The position numbers and the translations under genes are program-made. From Lytechinus pictus (taxonomy: Eukaryota), in the NCBI RefSeq assembly GCF_037042905.1, contig NC_087251.1, positions 1,240,001 to 1,304,000 on the forward strand: a stretch of 64,000 nt of DNA, given 5' to 3'. This document shows, piece by piece, positions 53,273 to 64,000 of this stretch (the stretch's first letter is position 1; each line of letters opens with the position of its first letter). Under the pieces are notes generated by a model that saw only the letters and a program-made list of their open reading frames with translations, was not told the DNA's origin and did not search any database.

Positions 53273-54592
53273 AATTCTATAATAAATACTATAAACTATT
53301 AGCTTAATCTTCTGAAAATGGATAGGATAGGTATAACTCTCATGTCACAGCTAGCATCATCTGAGAGCATTTCCAAACAGCAGAGGGATGATGATGAAGA
53401 TGAAATGAAGGCCATCATTAGAGCTGCAGCTTCTGTCATACATGTAGTAAATGGCATCATATGTATATCAACTTCAACAAAGATGAATTCCTGTATCACT
53501 ATTATTTACCTTTCATTGCGAGCTGCCAGAATCTCTTGAGATGCTAATGCAGGATATCTGCTCTCTGCCATACGTCACCCATGATGCTATTTCTACTAGG
53601 TATCGGTTTGTACAAGGATCATCTATTTGGTCCAGAACAACTGATTGTTATCATGCACAAATTAGGCATATAATAATGAAATTCAAAAGGAGATAATAGC
53701 TTACAAGTACTCATCCATCGCCCTAACATAACTCCTACAGCACCACTTCCAGTTCTTGAGAATCAAGCTGTGCAACATATCAGTAATAATATACATGTAG
53801 ATCCTGATCTGATATCCCTTCATTGAATGGGCCAGATCAGAGTCTTGAAAATGTCAGAAGGTTTTCAAGAGTTTAATTACTCTTTGCTGAAGTTGAGACA
53901 CTTCATTTACTATGACAAAAGCTGCAGCTCTAATGATTGCCTTACTTTAATTCTTAATCATTGTCCCTGGCTATATAAAAATGTTCTCGGATTATGCTTG
54001 CCATAAGAATTAGGCCTATCCTTTCCATTTACAAATTAAGTGATAGTATTGATTGAGCATTTGAGGATAGTGACCTATTGCTACAGAGGAATTGTTACCT
54101 TGATTTATAACATGCATAAATAAATGCTGCTACTTTAGACAACTTCACCATTTCAAATTATATTATACATGATTTTTTTCACACTTTTGGCAATGCATTA
54201 CTACAATATATATTAAAAAGTGCTATTTGATCTCAATTTCATCTCGAACTTGTATTTTGACATGATCATTGGTCAAGGATTCAACTATCAAATATGTGTT
54301 CCTTTTCCACGCAGGTCAGTCTTTTTCCCATCAGAATCACTATACCTACATGCCACAATCACGTTATATCGACCTACATGTATTTACTTAAATTCCCTGG
54401 CGTTATTGACACAGTTGATTGACCTCTAACCCCTAAATATATTTTTCATGGCCATTTTCTAACCTTTTTTCAGAGTAAAATTATCAAACATTCAAGTTTT
54501 CATTACAAATAGCTATCTTTCTTTATATTATTCACAAATAAAATGTGAATATAATGGATTAATTTCTTTTTTGGGGAATCATGAATAGATAT

Positions 54593-57178
54593 GAGCATGA
54601 TCGGTTAAGGGTTAGCATTGAGGTGAAAAAAAATTTTAAAGGTATTTCTATCAAAATTGCTTTTAAATTAATCTTTGATATCTCAGGTTTCAAAGAACTT
54701 AGTTTCATGAAGATTGATGATTCCGAAAGTACTGGAATAGTCCATTTTATTCATGGGGGTGCTGTTACCTCTCATCACGGACGGACATTTTTACTCAAAT
54801 TAAATTCACTCTAGTTTTGTTGTTTTTAAAGTTACTCTAATTTGGTTTGGACGTTCTTGCACTCTGAACATTAATCTATTATCAAACATAAATTAGTAGG
54901 AAAAAAATATTGGGAACTAATTTTTTTTGGTAGGTGTTAACATTTCCATTTTGAAATTTCCGTCCGTGATGAAAAAAAAGATGAAAAGTTCTTTTATTCT
55001 TTATCAGAATAGAAATAAAAAATAAAAAGGTGTAGAGGTATCTCACTAAACACTGTACATCATTTTATTTGAACTTAGCTGAAATCCATACATTTTATCC
55101 ATATCATAAACTCAATCCAAAATGATCATGGACGGACATTAATTTCATCACGGACGGACAAAGTAAATTTACTCAAATTCAATTCACTCTAGTTTTGTTG
55201 TTTTCAAAGTTACTCCAATTTGGTTTGGATTTTCTTGCACTCTTAACATTAATCTATTATCAAACATAAATTGGTAGAAAAAAAATATAGGAAGTAAATT
55301 TTTCTGGTAGATGTGTCCGTGATGAAATTAATGTCCGTCCGTGATCAGTTTTTGATATGGATAATATGTATGGATTCAGCTTTTTATTCTTTATCAAAAT
55401 AGAAACAAACATAAAAGTGTGTAGAAGTATTTCACTAGACACTGTACATCATTTTATTTGAACATACATGTAGCTAAAATCCATACATTTTACGCATATC
55501 ATAAATCAATAAGAAATGATCACGGATGGACAAGTGAGCAATATACGCAAATACTGCTAATACTGTGGAATGATCCATGCAAATGGGAAACTTTGCTGAG
55601 CAGATTATGAATTTAACTTTAGTTTCAATTTGCAGTGAAAAATGTCACTGAGAATTATTCAGAACTCAAATGGATGGAAACCTACAACTCTTTCACAATT
55701 CTTTTGTGGTATCTTTGTTTGGATGTTATTGGGGCTAAATTGTTGTCAGGAAAAATTGTTAAACATAATTGGAATGCAGATAGAGTTGGAAAGGTACATG
55801 TGTGTCAAAAAAGCAGGAAATAAAATATGGCAAGAACAAGTCCAAAGCTGTAGATTTAATCTATTCAAGCTTGCAGAAAGTGATGGAAAAGAAGAAAGTA
55901 GAATGCATAATCTGATAAGTAGAAAAATCTTCAATTTTTCCATGTACAAACCTATGGATTCACAATGCTTCTAACAGAACATGACATCACGGTCATGAGG
56001 CTTGTGAAAAGGACAAGAATACCTTTTTTCGAAGTCCATTTTGGAGCTAATTTTAAGTAAATTACTTATCTGGTAAACTGTTAAAATGCATACTATTTTA
56101 AAGCTTGCACTGCAGTGTTTAGAAGCATAATAAGCTTTTGATTGGTAAATGAATTATCAATTTCAATTTTGGATTCGGTCAGAGCCTAAATACATGAGGG
56201 CTGTTGATGTTATGGGGTGTCTCCACTGTAATATGGACAAAAGATGAATTTGAAGAGAGCCTCTGACAAGTGTTGTGGTCATACTTGATCCACCAAACAA
56301 GCATAAGGATCAGCAACCTTTGAATCTTTTGGATTTAGTTAATGAACCTAAAAACATATTTGCTCTTGGAAAATTAATGCCTAAAAATGTATTAACATGT
56401 ATCATCATGATATATCATAAAAATAGTTGTATTAATATGATCATTGATCAACTAGATGTTGATTTGGTACCTACTAGCATTTTATACTTTGAAAAGAAGA
56501 CAATATGCATTAGGACATTCTTTACATTTGATTTTGACAAGAGCTGTGTTGAAAGCAATCATATGTCTAGATTATACTGTGCGTCTAGCATAGAAATCAA
56601 GTTGCTACAACTTAAATCAAGTTGTAGCAACTTGATTGTGCAACTAATACTGTTTAATCATATTAAAAAATGTACAAATCATCAATAAAATAGCCTTTAT
56701 TCCCCCAAAAAAGTAATAAGAACTTCTTACAAGGTACTTCCAATGTATTTTAATTGTGTCCGTCCGTGATGTCCGTCCGAGATGTCCGTCCGTGATGGAA
56801 AATATTTGCAATTCTCTCAGAAGTTTGATATTGGTTAAGAATTCAATATGCTGAACATAGAAGCTAACATACCTGAGTGTTAGTTGCATTAACAATTATT
56901 GGTCAATGTTAAGCTGTTTAGATAGAAACAATAAAAATGTACAAAAATTCTGAAAACCACATTTCTATCATGTCCGTCCGTGATATGGCACATTTACTGG
57001 ATATCTATGTTTGTAGGTAACCATGGCAACAAACTTTTTTTTATCATTCAGCATACTTTGTCCTACCCTTCTCTATAAAACACAAAGGAACCTTGTTCAT
57101 CTTATTCCTAATTTGTTACAAGCCTTCAAAATTTCCTAAATCTATCAAATGTCCGTCCGTGATGAACCGATCACGCTC
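54593..57178. mobile_element. Sola-like non-autonomous transposon
   Basis: 14-bp TIR GAGC(A/G)TGATCGGTT; ATAT TSD; internal GTCCGTCCGTGAT motifs; ~375-bp internal tandem duplication at ~54774-55530. Confidence 0.82.
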
Positions 57179-57583
57179 ATATATAAATATTTATTAACTT
57201 TTGACCTGCGACTTTGGATATCAAAGGTGAAGGATTATTCTTTATGATTATTTTGTGCCTTTTTATCTTCTTGCAAAAATTGCTTTTTGACACTGAAATG
57301 ACCAACATGCAGCGTTTTATCTCAGAGATACCATTATAAGATATATAGCCTATGTATAAAAAGGTCATTGACCTTTGACCTTGAACTTTATGGATTAATA
57401 TGCATTCTAGGTGATTAACCTTATCTTATTTGACCTTCCTGTAAGAAACTGTGCATTTTGACACAACGATCAACCTGTGCCGTTTCATCTAACAGAATTA
57501 GAGATATATTATGAAGTATGATACATAATGTAAAAAAGGTCATTGACCTTTGAAAGGCTTTTTACTTTGAATGTTATTTTTAA

Positions 57584-58168
57584 AGGACAAGTCCACCCCA
57601 ACAAAAGTTTGTTTGAATTAAAAGAGAAAAATCAAACAAGCATAACAAAGAAAATTTCATCAAAATCGGATGTAAAATTAGAAAGTTATGACATTTTAAA
57701 ATTTTGCTTAATTTCACAAAACAGTTATATGCACATCCTGGTCAGTATGCAAATGAGGAGACTGATGACGTCATCCGCTCACTATTTCTTTTGTATTTTA
57801 TTATATGAAATATTCTAATTTGCTCCTCGGTGTCAAGTGAAATACGATTAATTTCTCCCTGAAGATGTGGAATTAGCATTGTTTAATAATATATGGTTCA
57901 GTCAAGGTGGTCCTTATTGTCAAATCTGTAAAAAATGACATATTGTAGAATTCAAACAATAAAAAACAAAAGAAATAGTGAGTGAAGGACATCGACTGCC
58001 TCATTTGCATATCACTGAATTGTGCATCACTGTTTTGTGAAAAATAAGCGAAACTTTAAATTGTCATAACTTTCTTATTTCACATCCAATTTTGATGAAA
58101 TTTTTAGCGTTATGCTCATTTGATTTTTCTCTATTCAAATCAACAGTTTTCTGGGGTGGACTTGACCT
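57584..58168. mobile_element. Kolobok-like MITE, family B
   Basis: TTAA|AGG(A/T)CAAGTCCACCCCA TIR; TTAA TSD. Confidence 0.88.
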
Positions 58169-59804
58169 TTAATGTGCATTCTGGGTACTTAATTTTATTT
58201 TATTTGATCATCCTGTAAGAACCTCTGCATTTTGACACCAAGATCACCAACCTGCACCTTTTCATCTCAGAGATACCATTATACCATATATATGATATAT
58301 AATGTAAAAAGGTCATTGAGCTTTCAAAGGCTTTGACCTCGAATTTCATTGTGAATGAGCATTGTAGGTACTTGATTTGATTTCATTTGATCTTCTGGTA
58401 AGAATCTCTGCATTTTGACACCAAGATCACCAACCTGCGCCTTTTCATCTCAGAGATACCATTATACTGTATATGGTGTATAATGTAAAAAAAAAAGGTC
58501 ATTGACCTTTGAAAGGCTTTGACCTTGAATTTCATGGGCGAATGAGCATCGTAGGTACTTGATTTGATTTCATTTGATCTTCTTGTAAGAATCTCTGCAT
58601 TTTGACACCAAAATCACCAACCTGTATTATTTTATCTGGGAGATACCATGATACAGTATATTTTAAAAGGTCATTGACCTTTGACCTTAAAAAAAAAACT
58701 TTCCCAATGCGTATTACTCCTAACTTTTTTTGGTAAATGTTGACACCCATACATGTACCTACTCAAATCAGTCAAAAAACCATTTCCAATAATTTTATTC
58801 CAGATGGTTACTAATTATGGGATACTAAATGTGAGAAAAAGAACTTCAAATTAATTGTATACATGTACATGTACACACATTGCATGAATCTTGGAAAAAA
58901 TTGAAATAATTTTGTTTTATAATGTTCAATGAACTTTATCAAATATCAATCCGTATTGCATATATAGAAATGTAATATAAAACAAAACCGCTTGTCATGT
59001 ATCAGGGTGCATGCATATTGAAAAACATTGTACAATAAAATTGAAATATGACAGTGAAATTCCCAAAGATTGAAGACCAGCCAAACTGGGATATTTTGTC
59101 AGCAATAAAGTTCCTTTACCTTTAGTTGATTTGTGTTGGACTCTTAACTGAGATGAGATTGCCTGACAAATTGATGTTCTAAATTATAGAAATGAAGTAC
59201 AAACAACCAATCTCATCAAATTGCAATGGCCCAAAACAAATATAAATCATATTTTCAATTTTTCATTGCTGCACATTATGAATTTTACAGCAGGAGCTCA
59301 TTTTTAAAATGTTGACAGTATGATTCGTTTTTTAAATTTAAGGTTAAAAAATGTATGTTTGATCTAATGATATTGATACTACAAAATTGTTCTGTATCGA
59401 GAATTAATATTTCTCTTACTAACAATTTATTCTTGATTAGTTTAATTTTTTTTCAACTCTGATGAATTCACCGATATTACATGTATGTAAAATGTAATGT
59501 CTCATTTGCACATGGTATTCTTGCCAAAATACATGAGTATGATGTTTTGTTTAAATAAAAGAAAAATAACACTCACATGGAATAAAACATTTAAATCTTG
59601 GTGATTTATTTTTGGAATCCTCTTGACTCATTATAATCCATATCACTAAAAGGATTTTTCTCAACTCTTCTGAAAATTTGTCCCCCTTTTCTGCAATTTG
59701 GATTTTTTAATTGTTATCCCTAACCAGATTTAAAATAATTCTTTCTCACTGAGGTGACGAACCCCTGGGATGATATATGATTTACTGTACAAGTACATTA
59801 TGAT

Positions 59805-59945
59805 TATAATAATGATGATGATGATGATAATGACAATGATAACAATAATAATGATAATGATGATAGTGATAATAATAATGTTAAAATATTAATAATAATG
59901 ATAATAATAATAATAATTATGACAATAACGATAATTACATATAAT
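59805..59945. repeat. (ATA/ATG)n trinucleotide repeat
   Basis: Directly visible; similar tracts at 8433-8570 and 13944-14010. Confidence 0.9.
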
Positions 59946-61599
59946 AGTATTTGTATGGCGCGGTATCTAATTTCCATTTTTAATACTACAGATGCTTCAG
60001 AGCAAATCAAAGAAAGAAAAGTAAAAAAACTTTACAAATGAATACATAATTTACATGTATTGTAAGCCTATATTTTCTCACTTGTCTGTCAAAAAGCAAT
60101 TGTCATCATGTTTTCCTTGTAGGACATGATGATTCATGATTGTTATCACAACTTTACTTTGAGGTATTCAGAGGCTAAGAGATTACTTCACATCTTATCA
60201 AACTCATTTTTTTTAGCAACTTGAACATGGTTCTTTGATACATTTGACCAAGATGTATTGAACTGACGGCAGTCATGTAACTACAATGAATGTTATGAAC
60301 ATTTTTTTGATGTGCAACAAGTTATTAATTTATTGGGGGCCGTAATTGGAGAACACTTCCATGTAGTTTTACAGTGGTAAAAACTGAAAGGAAAATATTT
60401 CTTTTGGTAAAAATTCATAGAATGCTTTCATGTAATTAACTATTATTGTACTGTGTGAGCAGATTATTCATTTGATGTCAGGTCGGCAAATCATTTGTAT
60501 GATTACACTTAGTGCCCTAACAGCAAGCGACACTAATGCATTGTACATATATAGGAATATTTGTTATGCATCTGGGCAGTCTCACCAGATCGTTATCACG
60601 ATACTGCAAGAAATATGAATATGTGTGTGCTATTTTGTAATGAGAAGGATACCAATACCACACTGTATAGCCGTGAATGTATTCTATCAATGCTTTACAA
60701 GGTGAAACAAGAGTGCTATCTCTACCTCTCACTACACATTCACATCCTGCCTCTCGTATTATGTTACCATGACGATAGTAAGGCTGTCCACTCTGGTCTT
60801 TGTGAGGCTGTGTGTTACAGTGTCAAAGCTTAAAGCGTTTGCTTGTACATGTGTGAATTATGCTTATTAACTTTATAATTTGGAATCTAAACCCTTTCTC
60901 GGATTTATTTGATGCATTCTCATACAAACCGGTACATTATATAGGCAGTACAGTTTGATAGCTATTGAAACCATCAGTTAATCAGTAGCATGTCTTCTAC
61001 TGTTTTAGTGTTCAGATGTTATTTCTACCATGTTGGCCCTATTTGTAACATTTTCATAAACATGTACCACATGCCATTTGCCACTACTTGAAGAATGAAT
61101 TGAGGCCTTGTTGAAAGGCTACATGTAGTATTATTATTCTAGACACTCCTGTTTTAGCATAATGTGTTATGTCAAGTTATGTGGAGAGAGAAATTCATAA
61201 TACATTCAATATAACTCTTTTATTACAAAAATGTGTGATGAAAATGGATTTACAATGTACACTTTGTACAGTATTTTTGTCTGATACACTGCTACTCATC
61301 CAGATATGAATGCACAATTTTCTATTGTAGTGTAGGCCAACAGGGTAGCTCATTACATTGTAAGCCTAAATTGTGAATACTACATACACATACATGTACA
61401 GGTCTAGCTGTATCAGGCCTGCCTCATTCACTCAAATTATTGTACTGTGACAGGTTGATTTATTCATTGATTAACAAGTAAAGTTTAAGTTTTCCCAGAA
61501 GGATCACAAAGTATTCTACAATGTTGACCTGCATAGATCTTCCCTAAAGCGTTGTATGCAATAGGCTGTATCCTGTTCTAGGCCTACTGAGTCAGTTAA

Positions 61600-62194
61600 A
61601 GGGGAATCCAGCCTGGGCCATAAAATGTTGTGTTGGGAAGGAGAAAAATAAATTAAACAGAATGGTGAAAGTTTAAAAGAAATCGGACAAGCAATAAGAA
61701 AGTTATAGCTGCTTTAAAATTGAGATCACTAATAGTATGTACATTTCAAATTGGCAACTGTGTAAGTAAATTATGACAAGGGGCAAGGACAATTTTCCCA
61801 TAGGCCATGTACTTTATTATCAGGGATTTGTGGTTTTCTCCAAAGTATCCATTCCCCTGGGGCAGTAATCTAAATATAACCCAGGTAGTATATTGTTTAA
61901 TGTCCTCATATAAGAAAAATACAATTTGAAGTAAAACTTTTGGGAAAAATTACATCTTAGCCATAATATGTATTGGAGTACATGGAAGAGTAGTCCTTAC
62001 CTTACATCACTATGACATCCCATATGCGGCCAATTTGAAGTCTCCATGAGTATAGTGATTACGAATATTTACAACTTTTGAAAATTCATAACTTTCTTGT
62101 TGTTTGTCCAATATTGTTCAAACTTTCACCTATCAACTTGTCTGATTTTTCTTTTTCTTATAAAAAACAAGTTTTATTTGGGTTGGATTCCCCT
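61600..62194. mobile_element. Kolobok-like MITE, family C
   Basis: TTAA|AGGGGAATCCA...TGGATTCCCCT|TTAA. Confidence 0.88.
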
Positions 62195-62884
62195 TTAAAT
62201 TTGAATATCTGTAAGGGCTTAAAGTCATAACCTCCTTTGATAGACCACTGTGCCCTTCACATTGGCCTGGATGTTTCTTGTATCTTTAAAAAATATTTCC
62301 CATAAATGTGACGAAAAATATACATGTGCCCCATAGGAAAGTGGGCTTGCCCGGGGGGGGGGGGGGGGGGGGGGGTCAAATATATTGCTGTACACATGCG
62401 TGACCAAAAAATGGGTTCAAAGGGGTGTTTTTTCAGTTTTGGACGAGGGCCGAGCGTGCACTCGTTTAGGGTATTAAAAACACTGATTTTCAAGAAAAAG
62501 GGTGGTTTTAAAGATTCAAGATTGTTTTATTGGTCCATGAATGCTAAGCATCCAGATTAATTTAGTTTCCAATGGCTTTAAACACATAACAAACACACAA
62601 AAATGCAAAATAAAATATATCATAGCAATCTAACTCTACATAAACAATACAACTTAGTGATAACTTTTCTGCAATAGGTTGATAACCCTTAGAATTCATA
62701 ATTCGAAATTCATAAATTATAAGAAATAGGTGATGAGATGTCTGCATGCTGCTAACTCCTCCCCCCCATCCTAGTATGCGGTATATAATCATCATAAATT
62801 GACACTTACAAAACACCCGTTCAAAAGAGAGTGATAGATATGTAGGAAAATATGAAAGGGAGCTGGAGGGAAAGGTAAAGTGTA

Positions 62885-63070
62885 GAAGAAGAAGAGAAAC
62901 AAAGAACAAGAAAGGAGAGAAAAGGAGAAAAAGAAGAAGCAGAAGAAGAACTGAGTAGGAGGAGAAGAAGAAGAAGAAGAAGAAAAAGAAAAAGAAGGAG
63001 AAAAAGAAAAAGTAAAAGAGGAAGAAGAAGAAGAAGAAGAAAAATAAGAAGAAAAATAAAAAGAGGAAGA
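62885..63070. repeat. (GAA)n purine tract
   Basis: Directly visible. Confidence 0.9.
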
Positions 63071-63082
63071 TATATCATCGTG

Positions 63083-64000
63083 TTACTTTTGAGTTATACA
63101 CATGTATAGAATTAGGAATAAAGGAGTACCGGTAGCGTGAGAGGCGTGTGCGGGGGGACACAGCCGTATTCCTGAACAATTAAAACGGAAGCAATCATTG
63201 AGGAGGTGGGTCTTGTCTGCCATAATGATTATGGTATGTACTTTGGCAAGTATGCGTTCTTCGTAAATTGCTTGGACAGGGGACAAATCCATGCCTATCG
63301 TCCTTTGTGCAATTCGTCGAATCCGGTCTATTCTTTGTTTTGCTCGTTTGACATATTTCCGAAAGTACATACCAGGTTAAAAGTTATTACACTTTTGATG
63401 ATTGATTGATAGAACAGTTTCAGTATAGTTTTATCGATGTGAAAACTTCTAAGTTTTCGCAAGAAAAACATCCTTTGATTTGTTTTCTTTTGTACTGATA
63501 GACAATTTTGCTTCCATGAGAGCTTGTCATCAATGATTGTTCCGAGGTATTTGTACTCATGTACCTGCTCAATGACATCTCCCTGAATACGGAGTGGTTC
63601 ATGAATTTTATCACCCTTCCGAAAATCAATGATAATTTCTTTGATTTTACTGGTATTCAATATCAGGTAATGATCGTCACACCAACTGACAAAATCATTT
63701 ATCTGTGAGATATATTCATTAGGATCATTGAACAGGTAGCCTGTTATCACGGTATCGTCTTCATACTTGATTACACTGCAGGATGTCTTCGTACCTATGT
63801 TCAAGTTCAAGTGTACAACGAGAAAATAACGGGAGATAATACGCAACCTTGGGGGGCTCCAATTTGCCTCACCACCTCTCGTGACTGACAATACCCAGCT
63901 TTAACTGATTGAATTCTCGAGCAAAGGAAATTTTGGATACATAGAATTGGCCGGGGTTTACATTCATATCTATCAACATTTGTACAAGGCAATGAGGTGC
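63083..64000 (-). mobile_element. Degenerate non-LTR retrotransposon reverse transcriptase (Rex1/Babar-like)
   Basis: GAPQGCVLSP..FSLYT, KYEDDT (YADD-like), SWC..L.LN.SK.KE..IDFRK, YKYLG and QRMFFLRKLRSF are spread over three overlapping ORFs (frameshifts). Confidence 0.88.

Larger units (their letters stand above)
49680..58830. mobile_element. Large foldback (inverted-repeat) structure with nested insertions
   Basis: Arms 49680-50920 + 53285-53490 are inverted against 53875-54050, 54385-54592 and 57179-58830; arms contain ~180-bp tandem units. Confidence 0.78.

Noticed and set aside
53299..53539. Short ORFs with an acidic run in the foldback centre
   Set aside because: The inverted partner arm does not keep the frame; no transposase motif.

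Overview
AT-rich, intron-containing animal genomic DNA; the repeat landscape suggests an echinoderm such as a sea urchin (inference). 3497-30812 (+): 32 coding exons of a HEATR5 (HEATR5A/B, AP-1 accessory HEAT-repeat protein) gene. All introns are GT-AG and phase-compatible, giving 5857 coding nt (1951 complete sense codons plus stop); the N-terminal exons lie upstream of the window. 38363-38461 (+): first coding exon of a phospholipase C-beta gene behind a CpG-rich promoter. I could not find the second exon, so the remaining ~25 kb is probably one large intron. Non-coding DNA is full of non-autonomous transposons (TTAA/Kolobok-like, hAT, Harbinger-like, Sola-like, Helentron/HINE-like), tRNA-derived SINEs and LINE fragments. 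Best observations: (1) a 57-bp insert that is essentially only a minimal Penelope-type hammerhead ribozyme, with a 15-bp target-site duplication and an empty site in the neighbouring paralog; (2) many TA-NN-N'N'-TA palindromes (TACATGTA, TACCGGTA) that paralog comparisons show to be insertions at TA, i.e. probable excision footprints; (3) a ~9-kb nested foldback structure; (4) a LINE inserted inside a HEATR5 polypyrimidine tract whose TSD rebuilt the splice acceptor. Coordinates were read by eye, family names are recalled from known signatures, and no searches were run.
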